A stretch of DNA of 64,000 nt from Paecilomyces variotii. Its lineage: Eukaryota. Shown one piece after another: positions 1 through 11,477 of this stretch. The notes beneath the pieces were generated by a model that was not told where the DNA came from, did not search any database, and worked only from the letters and a program-made list of their open reading frames with translations. The DNA lies in assembly GCA_004022145.1 (NCBI GenBank), contig RCNU01000001.1; one strand, given 5' to 3'. Both the position numbers and the translations under genes were made by a program. Within the stretch, counting starts at the first letter, position 1, and each line of letters begins with the position of its first letter.

Positions 1-69
1 CGGACAGGTAACGAGCCAGCGCATTCTGCTGGCCCACGGATCCTACGACTGCTTCCTCCAGTGTCCGCA

Positions 70-573
70 TCATAGCATGTGTCTCTCTGTCTGTGCCATC
101 TTCGCGATAGCCTCTGGGCTGATTTCTGGCTCGGGTTTGGGCGCTGAATCCAGGTTGGCGTGATAGTAGGGGCTTTTATCGAACTCGGTATCCATCATTC
201 TGGGGGTCCGGGCTGGATCCCGGCCTGTTGATGCGGTTGGGAGTGGCACTGTTATCTGAGGAGGTCTCCATCCTTGCGACGAAACTGGGACCATGCGGAC
301 TGTCGGCTGCTTTTTGTCGCCGGGGCGTGCTGGGGGGTCATAATCATCATCGATCTCAATATCATAATTACGGGCCTTAACATCCTCCAGGGCATCCAGT
401 TGCTTCCTTCGTCTCGAAAGAACGACGAGCACGACAAGGGCGGTTACGACGACACTGCAACAAGAGATCAGCAGCAGCTCTTATCGCACGGTTTAGACAA
501 TATAAAGACGATCGGGGCGTATGCAGTAAGGATATACTTACAATCCCAAGATAGCCGTCGGTACGGCGTTCAT
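70..573 (-). CDS. Small single-pass membrane protein (~138 aa), hypothetical; exons 573-542 and 454-70
   Basis: ATG at 573; intron 541-455 (GTAAGT...GCTGAT...TTGCAG) joins in frame to ORF 70-432, giving MNAVPTAILGFVVVTALVVLVVLSRRRK: a hydrophobic helix followed by a basic stop-transfer cluster. Confidence 0.6.
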
Positions 574-2193
574 CAAAAGCTTACTGACCGGCTTCTCGCA
601 CTCAGGACTGTCACTGCCAGCAGAACAATCTCGTCGCAAAAGTATAGAACGAACGTCAAGGCCCATTGTGAATACTTGGGTCATAGAGCACGAAGAAGCA
701 AGTGAATAAAGAAGCAATTGGATATGGGCTCGTATCGCTGGTTATAATTGTAATATCACGCGTGTCTCGTCCCTTTTCAGGAAGTCTCAGCTTTCAGACG
801 CTGAGATGAATGCATCCGCGCTCGAGCATCACCAGGAAAAAAAGGAGGGACTGTGAGCGCGTTAAGCAAGGGTCCTGAATTGGACCCGATAACGTTGGAC
901 TCGCGATTAAGTTACTGCATCCAGAGGCGTTATTAACGAGGGAAATAGGACAAGCACGACAGGAGAGACAGGCGAACAGGCAAGTCGCATGAAGAGAGGG
1001 AAAGGGAAACAAAGGAACAAGGCACTGGCCCCGTTATTATTATTCCTATCGTCCTTGTTACTATCATCCCGCGACACGGTCCTATCTCCTAGCGGAGCTA
1101 CTGGTCGAGCCCCTGAAAGATGGAGAGTGGTTGTAACTGTGGCTTGGCCAATCTGAGACACCAGTCCTGAGAAATGACAACTCCTTCAGCGAGTTAGTTA
1201 GGCTCCTAGCGGGGATTGCGGGCTCATCATCAACAGCCCTGCGCTTTGGCGGAATCTCCAGCCACCGGTGGTATTTCTGCAAGATTGTTGTTGCGAACAA
1301 CAGGACGCCATAGGCCATGCAGAGACTCTTGCGGACGTTGTTGACACGGGCGGGATGATCCGTTCAAGATTCCACGCCAGTGTTCCAGCCTCTTCTTCAA
1401 GGGCAAAAACACAAAGAATGCAACAGCATAACAAATGCCATCGCTACAGCTAACTAACTAGTTAGCTATTATCCACTTCCCCCACACTCGGGAATTGCTT
1501 AACTGCTCCATCAGGGAAACTAAGTCGAGCAGGCGATCAACTAGGAATCTGCTTCTTACAGTACGCGCTCTTCTGATCTCTCTGCAGTACTGCAATCCGG
1601 GCTTCAACGGTAAAGATTGCCTTCTGGTTGATTGATCTTACGCCTTTTCTGTTTTGCTTCCATTCCTGCTCTCCAGGTGCTATTTATTTATTGCATTAGG
1701 TGTTCTTCGGGGACAACTAACTCACCAAAGTCTGTTGTTTTGCCGCACATACTTAACTAGTGAGCGAGTCTAGATGCGATCTAACTCACGATAAGGAATT
1801 TACGACGGGTCCTTGACTGAGACTGTATATAAACACAGACTTTCTTAGACATTTCCATCGCTCCAACAAACCGCTTTTGTCGTCGAGAAGTCTTTAATAA
1901 AGTTCAATATAGCAGCATTCTTTTTGTTCCATTTCTATTCGCTTCTAATAAGTACCCGCTGGTTTCTCTTCAGCATCAACGGAGAATTCTCGCTGTCAGC
2001 AAGATCTAGACTTCAAAACAATGTAATAGTCTTATCTCCCGAAGACGCACTTATCTTCCTGAATATAGAACGCCATTTCGTACAGCCGACTCGTACTACT
2101 ATTATTATGTCTCCGATTGGTTTTCCCCCTGTTAGCTCTGTAGCTAACGTAGCCTTCGTGAAATTACGAATACCCTGTCCACCTACGACAACA

Positions 2194-2486
2194 GCCCGAG
2201 TGGTCTAGTGGCATGATTCTTGCTTGTATGTCTAAGTTCCCAGAAGATATAACCCCTAATAATCAGGAATAAACAACTAATCTCTACCTTCACTAGTGGG
2301 ATACTGCATAACACTTAAGTTCTTGAAGAACTGATAACTAATAATGCACTTAAAAAGCATACTAATAGGGCGGGGGCTATACTAATACACCTAACACCCT
2401 TAACACCACGATCGCTTGAAGATCTTAAGATGACTTAACAGACACCTAACTGCAAGAGGTCCCGCGTTCGAATCGCGGCTCGGGCC
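2194..2486 (+). tRNA. tRNA-Pro(TGG) gene interrupted by two inferred introns (2226-2296 spliceosomal-type; 2301-2450 at canonical 37/38); exons 2194-2225, 2297-2300, 2451-2486
   Basis: Acceptor stem GCCCGAG/CTCGGGC plus discriminator C; A box TGGTCTAGTGG; anticodon stem CTTGC/GCAAG; T arm CCGCG-TTCGAAT-CGCGG; T8 run at 2499-2506. The body resembles eukaryotic tRNA-Pro and the joined exons total 72 nt. The tRNA body is seen directly; the splicing model is inference. Confidence 0.8.
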
Positions 2487-2498
2487 ATTGTCTCTTCC

Positions 2499-2506
2499 TT
2501 TTTTTT
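2499..2506 (+). terminator. RNA polymerase III terminator (T8) of the tRNA-Pro gene
   Basis: First long T run, 12 nt after the discriminator base. Confidence 0.7.
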
Positions 2507-3080
2507 CTTTCGTGGACTTGCTCTTTCCATTGGATTCTTGTTCTTTTGGATTAGTATACGGAGTATATATCATTTGTAAGATCCTAGTGTTACTCTACCG
2601 ACGAGCCAGTCACTGATGAATCTACGTCAAGGAATGGAGTGCCAGTGCTAGAGATCGCCCTCTGGTGCGATCGAATAGGATTGCATACTGTAAGGATCAT
2701 CGCTTTGGTTCGCAGGCAGATGCTGTGCGATTTCGAACATTAGGAGTCTCAGTAGAAGAGAACTAAATTGTTATTTATTGATGATGCATTGGTTCGGTTT
2801 CAAGGACTGCGTCTATACATTCCAACGTGTGGTATCCGTAATGTGCTCGTTTCCTCCGATGGTATTGAGAACAGACAGAAAGACCAAAAAAGCAAGTTGA
2901 ATTGATGAATGAAAAGAGAATCCGACTCTCTCAGCAAAGCTGATGCAAAGAAGACGAAGCGAGAAGATAATATCGCGAGAAGGTCGAAGGTCCCAGCAAA
3001 CCAGTGCTAGAACTCAGCGCCAAATAGAAGGAATTAAACACATCCGATTAAATGTACAGTTCAAAGGGTCAGTCGCAGGA

Positions 3081-4337
3081 CTAGCCTGATATTAGAACCC
3101 AGAGGAGAAAGAAAATCTACAGAAGAGGAGTCAGTGCAAGTTCTTCTGCTGCCATAACCGGAGATGTCCACTTACCATTAGTACTCCGAACATCTTGGCA
3201 ATAAGCCATCTGTTGCCCTGCACTCGGGACCAATACTTTATCAATTCACGTTGCGCACCCTGGACGTTATCGACAATGTCCTCCGTATTGGCATCAATCC
3301 GCTGGATCATCTCCGACTGTTCGCTAACCATGGTGGCTAGCTGCCCGAAGATTCCGCCAAGCTCATTAATCGTACGTTCAATAGCCTCAATGGCTTCCCC
3401 TCGAGCTTGGATATACGACGTGTTGGGCTGAGCCTCTTCCATCATGAGAAGCTGCTGATCTGACTGTGCACCTGGCCGCGAGAAAGGCGAAGATGTCGCC
3501 GGCTCTAAAGTCAGGAGATCGTTGGCACCTCCTTGGTACCCTGGCTGAGGCGTCCTACTTCTTCCGGGGGCGGTATACAACGGGGAATCTGAGCGCTGAG
3601 TGTCCAAGGCGGTCTGTGACTTCGACGACACGGACGAGACGAAATTCTCTGTGCGTGACCGGGATGCCTGGATGTTCTTTGTTCGCACTTCCAGCACCTC
3701 CTTAAAATTGGCTCCAACGTCTGCTAGCTTTCCCTGCAGCATAACCACGACCTGTGCCAGGTTAGCTGCAAATACAGACCAGCTGCTGTCCCGATCCACA
3801 TACATTGTCATTGTGCTCGCCTTCCTGATCCGCCTTATTGCGGGTCGATTTCGGGTGATGCGCCAGCGTCAGCGCCTGGAGGCCTGCGATTTGCGAGTTG
3901 AGAGAAGCCAGATCCTGTTTGATCACGTAGGTCAACTCCGAGATCTCCACGGGTCTGTCATCGAAGAGAGTCTTTCGCTTGGCCACTATGAAACCGTTAG
4001 CTGCCGCGTAAAATGATTGCACAGGTGTCATGGACAACACTCTGTTGGCATGAGCGTTCAATATCTGCGGATGCTACTTACACTCTGCCAATCTTTGCAG
4101 TTTAGCTGTGGTACCGGTAATGCCTCGTCCGATCTCCGCGGCCTTCCTCGCGAATTCAGATCGAGCTCTCCTGCTAGCTTGAGCGCCATCGGGACTTCCA
4201 TTCGCCTGCATGCGCTGGGAGTCCGACAGCAATGCCTGACGCTGTGCGCCGACCTTGGAGGAGGCCTGGCGTTTCTGAACCTGCCCCAGGATGGACCTGA
4301 ACTCATTGGTCCGGTCTTGTATCGACGGGCCGGCCAT
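3081..4337 (-). CDS. SED5: cis-Golgi t-SNARE syntaxin Sed5; exons 4337-4082, 3985-3804, 3751-3176, 3116-3081
   Basis: N-terminal QDRTNEF Sly1-binding peptide, KRKTLFDDRPVEISELTYVIKQDL, SNARE motif IERTINELGGIFGQLATMVSEQSEMIQRID, C-terminal TM; three GT-AG introns. Confidence 0.95.
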
Positions 4338-5294
4338 GATGGAATTAAAAATATTATGGAGAGTAGACGTAAATCTGGCGTAGAAACGAGTGGATGGAAT
4401 AGATCGTGCGACTGAAGGGCTAGCTGTGTAATCGATAAGGAGTCCGGCGAGACAGAGCGACTCTCCCTACAACACTGATGGCGTCAAAAGCGGACAAGAT
4501 ATGTTACCTGTCCATGCGAGGCGATAGATCCGGAGACTGGTCAATTCTGAAAGTCCCAGGACTTGACGAGCTGTGAGTTGGACCGGACAGAATTGCAATA
4601 CTCAGTCAAGACGCCTTCCAGTTGTCCTGGACAATCTGGCCGCGTTCGTTGCAATCCAAGAAGGGAATAGCGTTGATATACCCCACGTGACAACTGGCAC
4701 CGCCACGATTACTACGCCGCATCAGCCACCGCCTGCCATTCAGGTCGCGACATCGTTGTATCTTTCTCTCCTCCATATTTACTGTCTACGTCTCTATCGA
4801 TATTTCGCCTCATTCTTATCGAAACGAGGCCGTTGTGATACTCTCTTTGCACTCTTTTTGCGCTTCGTCAGGGGTCATACCCTCGGTCGAATGTGGCGTA
4901 GCGCTCACTCGTCGTCAGCCTCGTTCAGCCGCGCTCTCCCACCTTGCGACGCCGTTGACAGCTAATAATTACCCAATACTCCGTACACGCTCTCTCTTCG
5001 CTTACTTCCCCTCAATCTGTCTTTCTTTGTCTATTGTTTTCTTATAATACAACAAATATAGCCCTGCGATCGCTGGTGTATGGGATTGGAGAGCTATTGC
5101 GGTATTGCGACAGTGCTATCCTGATTCTATGGTTCCAAAGCCTCAATACACAGCCGGCTCGAGGCTCGAAAGACAACATTTGCCAGTCTGTATCGGTCAC
5201 GACTCCTGGCTTTCATATGTGCCATAGCCTAATTGTGTACGATACATGTGCATGCTGTCTGCCACATTAGTGTAGATCGCTCTATGCTTCCGTG

Positions 5295-7927
5295 ATGGCC
5301 GGTCCATTCCAGAATCCACAGCTGCCGAGCCTGCAGGAACCGTAAGTAATAATGCCCATCCTCATGACGTGCCACATCATTGACATTCTAGCGTCAGGGT
5401 CATCGCTCGTTCAGCAAGTCCGCTGTCGCCCAGTCCTATCGCCGGTCAGCCTATCTCCTTCAAGACGAATGTCAATCGAGCCAAGTCGAAGCGCTGGGTA
5501 GAAGCCAAGTCCTATTCGTATGATGGCGACGACTGGGGTTCCGATGATGAGTATGATGATGAAGAAGAAGAGCCCCCGGTCCCTCCGCTACCGAGTCAAA
5601 GGGACCGTTCGCGGAGTTCCACTAGGGACCCGGGGTCTTCTGCTCCGTCCGATGTGCCTGGGCTAGGTCAGGAGCGTACGAGATCCCCGAATCTCGATGA
5701 CAAGTCACGTTCTCTTGCTCCGGACAATGCAGCTTCCACTATAAATCCGAACCCCTCGCAGTTACAACAGCAGGTGCAATCTTCCGAGCAGTCCGAATCC
5801 CAGAGTGCAAACCCCTCACAGTCAGCAATACCTGTTGCTGCTACCGATGCTAATTCTTCCAAGCCTCTTCCCTTTATCCGTCCTGCAGACATATACAAGC
5901 AGATGCAGGAAGCGAAGGAGAGAGAAGCGCAGTCCGAAGGGTCTACTAAGCCTAGCGTGGACTCTGCAGATGTGGAGCGCTCAACTGGCGACTCTACGCT
6001 TGATTCCGCGCATGAGCAAAATTCTGAATCTGTCCCGTCGGCACCATCTGTGAAGTCCCAAGAAGCTCCAGTTGTTTCGTTGCCGGAAGTCAAACGGATG
6101 TCTAGCTACGGCAATAACTTCGTCAGCATGTCGAATCCTGACAAATCGGGCGAGCCAGATGCTCAAAACCAACCCGATACCCAAGAGCATTCTCTACACC
6201 ATAACTCTTCAATGGGATTCCGTTCAGCTGTGAACCAGGCTTTCGACGCCCCGCCGACTCCAAGCTCAACGGTTGGTAGCGTTGTAAGGTCAGGAAGTGA
6301 GAGCACATCAGTTATCAGTCCCATCTTGGGTACTCGTGGTTTGGAGGGCGAGAAGACACCGACTATCACGGAGGAACCAGGAGAGTCTTCTGATGGGAGG
6401 CGAACTCCTACGTTTCAACCTGGACATCGTCGTGACATCAGCACCCCGACTCCCGACAATAGTCCTGCCAGGAGACCAATCGTCTCGGACAATTCGACAG
6501 CAGCTGAAGCTGGTGAGGTAGCTTCAACAGCTCCTACAGACTCACCTAACCATGAAGAGGGCCACCCAGATGCATCCCCAGGTGGGGCACAAAGGGATGG
6601 AGCTCTGGACTATTCATTGGCTACAAGTATTGCTCAGGGTCTCAGGCACAATGCATCCTTGTCAACTGTCGATAGTCCTGCCTCTGCCATACGAAAAGAC
6701 GAAGACAGTGGCTATCAGCTGGGGGAACAGGCACATTACTATAAGGAACCTACGCCACTTAGAATCCGCAGTGGCCAGTACTTCACTCAGGATGGCGCAA
6801 CTGTTCCTCCACAAGTTCCTCCATCAATGAGCACTGAGACCTCGCCTCAGGACACTGAAAGTGATCGCTTGAGGAAAGAGATCATGCGGAGACTAAGCCC
6901 TGAGGGCTCGCCAGCACCCGAGCCTCGGCCGGAGCCACAGCGAGAGGGTACTCAGAGTAGCCTGATCCCGAGTGAATATGAGAGTTACTGGAACGACCAC
7001 CCGACTGCGTCGCCAATTTCTCCAGGTGGCACTCGGCAGCAGGAGGGGGCTCCAACCTCCGAGGATACAGCCGCTGCTCCGAGTGCGCGACCTAAATTGA
7101 AGAAACGATTCTCTTGGGAGTCATCCTCCTCCGAAGAGGCTGGACTTCCAGTCGCTCCTCAGACCACGGCCCGCGGACCCGACCTTGCACGATCTGAGCA
7201 ATTAGCCTGGAGCGAGTCGAACGCTGCCAAAGACGCTGTTGAACATGATGGGGAACTCCCACTGACCGATATGCGGTCTGTAGACCCTCGGCCTATAAGT
7301 CCATCTAGTCTCCCAAGCGCAAGAGAAGACCAGCAGGTGGACCCAGAAGCACAGCAAGATGCGCCTGGCGAGATCCCATCTGGTGTACAGCCTTCCCAGG
7401 GACTGCAGGAGCCGCCGACTACGCTGAAGCTAGTGTCAATTGATGAGTCCAAACTACTGGGTTTTCGTGACATACTCGGCGTTCAGTCCGCCCCCGAGCG
7501 GGTACGCCTCTTTGAGAAGACTCGACATCAATTCGCTTCCCTAGATTCCGGTCTGGATAATTGGATCCGTCGAACTGCGGATACCCTGCCCGAACATTCA
7601 GACTTGGTCAATCGAAATGGAAATTTTCCATCAGACTTTCAGCGGCCGTCTCCATCAAGAACCAAATTTTCGAAATTGCCTTCTCTTGGAGCTCTCTCGT
7701 CGCATCTGGATGCCTCCCAACAATCTGGAGCTACTGCTCATAACAGGCGCCCCTCTGGTGCGCCTCTCGGCAATATGATCAAACGACAGCATATGGAGCA
7801 ACGAGGGAAAGAATTTCTGCATAGCGCCGGGGCCATTGGCGGTAAGGCTGGTGGTGCAGCAAAGGGGCTTCTTGCTAAGGGCAAAAGTAAATTTCTGGGT
7901 GGCGCAGCCGACAAGGTAGATAATTGA
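5295..7927 (+). CDS. Large Ser/Pro-rich disordered protein (~860 aa) with an N-terminal Fyv8-like motif; exons 5295-5341 and 5392-7927
   Basis: Intron 5342-5391 (GTAAGT...CTAG) puts ATG 5295 in frame with ORF 5654-7927. Motif FKTNVNRAKSKRWVEAKSYSYDGDDWG resembles, from memory, the N-terminus of yeast Fyv8 family proteins. Confidence 0.8.
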
Positions 7928-8188
7928 TCTCGTCATCAAACACCATACGCACCGTACGCGCGTATTCCCTTTTCCTTTCGTTTTCTTAGTACGGCATTGT
8001 TTTATACCCCATTGCATTTGACCCGGACATGGAACTCTAATTTCTTTATTTTGAACTACTGATATGTAATATCGTCTATGTTTTCTGTTCTTGGGCGACC
8101 TATGTGGCGGCTGGATGAGATCAGTGTATTCGTATCTTTCATCATGGAAGTTTGATTTTTCTAGTCTAATTCGCTGTTGGTTGTGTAG

Positions 8189-11083
8189 GGTTCTCAGTCT
8201 TCGTCGTCGTTTACTCATCGCAGAAGTCTACAGCTTCCACATATGACATTTGCACCTGCTAGTGACTCGGCTGCCTCCCATGATCGCTCCTCGCAGCGCG
8301 ATTCAGTAGCACAGGGCACTATTCCGCGTCTTCCTTCATTTAGATTCCAGGAGAACCAATTCTCCCTCGTTGCTGAGGACGTTGTGAACAGAGGCTCGCC
8401 CTCTGAGATACGCCGGGGTCCAGATAGAAGCATGAGATCTCTGTCACTCGACGCTACGGGCAGCCTATGGGGCAGGCAACCTCGTCCAACAGATTCTGCG
8501 GCCAGCAGAAGGTCGGTCGACAACTTAGTCAGTACTAGGGAGAACCGCATGGATGCCAATGGAGGAAGCCACATCACAACTCCGGGTCTCCAGCAGTATG
8601 AAAGCGATACCGAAGAATCACGGCCTGAATATGTTACTTTCTCTGGTGAAGATGAATCCCCCATAGCTCTTTGGACTGCTGCGCTGGAAAATCTGCACGA
8701 ATCTGGCTCTATTTTACCGCCAGAGTCTCAGCTAGATGATAGCTCAGAGAATGGGCTTGGGCCAACGGACTCTCAAGCCCTTTCTCCTTATTCTTCGCCG
8801 GCCGGTGATAACTTTAATGTAGATCCTGACGTTAGGCTGCCAGACGGAGAAAATGAGAATCCAGCATCCGTGGGAGACGCTGGCAATGCTGATGATTCGT
8901 CTCAGGAGAACTTCGAAGGGGATATCGGCGACTCAGCTGAGAAAGACGAGGCCACGCCTCCTGAATACTCTTCCAGAGTGGAAGCGGCAGATCGCGACGT
9001 ACCCAATGAGCCCCCTCCTGCTTTCCCTGGGACTGGTTCTGGTACTGATTATCCTCCGGAGAAGCAAGGATTCAACGGGTGTGCTGGTCCATATTCTCAT
9101 ACTGATACATCAGAAGAAACCCCTCGTCCAAGACCTATCTATCGTATGGTTACAGAACACGAGTGGGGCTCAGTGGCAGGCCGCGAAGACATTCTTCGTT
9201 TCCGATCTCATGCTCGGTCGGCAGATGATTTGCTTCAGCATATCGCTCTCAACCAGCCTCATTCTCAGAGGCCATCTATCGTCTCTCCAGATACCGCCGG
9301 CGACTTGCCGAATTACCAACAGCAACAGCAACACTACCCGCCGCGTGCCCGGGAGGCTTATAGATCTCGCTCTCTCGACTTCAATTCTCTGCTGGCAACT
9401 GATCGACTATTCACTGCGTCTTCTGTGAATACCGGTTCTCCTCGATTCGCGCCCAGATATGAGCCCGCTCTGAACCAGAACGACATGCCCGAGATGCAGC
9501 CAGAGATTCCATCTGCGAACCACCGCTCGAGCCCTGTTAGTAGCGGAGTAGGACGCCTACCGGAACAGCGACGACAGTCGGGTGACATAAATCTACATGC
9601 TCCCCCTACTAGACACAGCTTTCTTAGCTCTACTAGAAACAGCATATTCAGCGCACTCAGCAAGCAGGATTCCGAAAGCCTAAGAAGCCGAAACAGTATT
9701 TCAGGAAATGCAGCTATGTCCCGTGCGGATCTATCAGGGCAGCAAACTCCTGTCAGCTTTGGACCAGAACCAAAAGCCGACAAGGGTCAATCAACCAAGG
9801 CTAAGATAAAGAAACTTGCCAAACTTCATCGGTTGTCCTTGCCGGTAACGGATACGAAACCCCCAGAAGGAGCTAAGAAAGGAACTCTTGCTAGGATCAG
9901 TGTAAGTACATTGGCCAGACTGCAATGCAAAATGCTCGTTTAATTGATACATGTATTCCAGGGCTTTTTTGGTCGTTCATCCTCCCCGGCTCAGCAAGAT
10001 GTGGACGAGCGCAAGAGAAATGGACGTCGAAAATCGCGTGAACTGTTAAACACTAGAAATCCAACTACTCTGCATCCACCTGAACAAGGCTCCCCACTAT
10101 GCAATGCATATCATATCTCAAACGGTTCACGGCAATCCATGGGCCAACCCACTATAACTAGTGGTCAGGAGCCCGCAGGATTCCTAGGGGGTCACCGACT
10201 GGCAAAGCAACGTACTTCAGAGCATAATATACTCGCAGGACAATATTATGCTCAGAATAAACCTCATACGCCTTCCCAATCTCCACATCTCTACCACCCT
10301 CGACCTCAACACCAACAGTTCGCTTCAACAAGCTCAACAAATATCTCTGCACAATCTCCGCCCCTTCGGAATACGTTTTCGCCTTCGTATCAAATGAGAG
10401 ATGCTACGGGAGAAGAGCGTGCTTGGTCTTATACTGACGAGTTACGCATACGTTCGAGGAGTCCAATATCCTATTCACCACAACCTGACACCAGTACGAT
10501 ACCGTCTATTGACTACTCTGATCCTGCGGTTAATTTGGGCATTTTCCAGTCCGTGCCCAACACTGAACGTGTTGGCGATCAAGAAACACCTTGGAATATC
10601 ACACTTCCTGGCGAAACGCAAGACAATGACAGCTCTGGTCACACTGCGCATCATAATCAGACCAGACTCCAGCGCTCCGCCGGACTGAATCCTCCCTATT
10701 CTACCGAATCAATAACATCTCGCCCTGACCAGTCCCGCCAGGGACCAGTCCAACAACATTACCATCTGACACCGATGAAACCATCGCCAACAGTTAACAA
10801 AACTAGTGCTGCAACCGCACACGACAACGAAACCGAATCCCGCAGGTTCAGCTTCGAACCAGAATCAGACGTTGCCAGACCATCAAGGGAAAACGTCAAC
10901 GCCGTCGTACCTTTCTCTACCCATCCCCACCGTGACGAGAGTGCCGTCATCAACAGGACGACAGAGCCAGTTGAGCTCCCTCTTCGCCAAGATGACTCCA
11001 GCGAAGAAATCGTCATGTCCAGTACTGCTTATCCAGGACAGGAATGGCAGCCTGCTGGATATGGCCGTTGGGAGCATCATTAA
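8189..11083 (+). CDS. Low-complexity hypothetical protein (exons 8189 or 8243 to 9901, and 9962-11083); either a separate gene or the 3' part of the upstream gene
   Basis: ORFs 8243-9943 and 9944-11083 are joined in phase 0 by intron 9902-9961 (GTAAGT...TTCCAG); the protein ends MSSTAYPGQEWQPAGYGRWEHH. The frame is open back to an acceptor at 8188. Confidence 0.7.
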
Positions 11084-11477
11084 TCCTACCTAGTGATTTT
11101 TTTAGTAGCTGACCAAAAAAAAAAATTGTGATGTGTGAGATGTGTGATGTGAGATGTGTTTAATGATAAGCCATGTGGCCCAAGAATCTGACGTTTATTG
11201 TCTTTACGCGCGCATACATTATACCCCCCCATCTCATTTGATTCTAAGATAATAATGATAATTTTTTTTATTTGGTTTTGGGTTGGCACTAGCTGTGAAT
11301 ATTGCATGCTTAATTGATTCTGCTTTTGATATATAATGAAAGTAATATAATTGAGAAGGGAGACTACTCTACCCAACTTTAGATCTTTCTATCTGTCTCT
11401 ATTATACAAAACCTCCACGACGTGTCTAGATCTCTATATATAGTTTCTTTCATCACTTAAATTTGCAGTGAGATATA

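Noticed and set aside
2226-2228. Calling the first tRNA as tRNA-Tyr(GTA) with one 221-nt intron
   Set aside because: The body resembles tRNA-Pro (C discriminator, G1:C72 rather than the Tyr C1:G72/A73) and position 37 would be T. The GTA is better explained as the start of GTATGT.
2388-2408. cacctaacacccttaacacc as a telomerase-template or telomere-like sequence
   Set aside because: No clean CCCTAA tandem or 1.5-repeat template; better treated as part of the CTAAY-rich insert.
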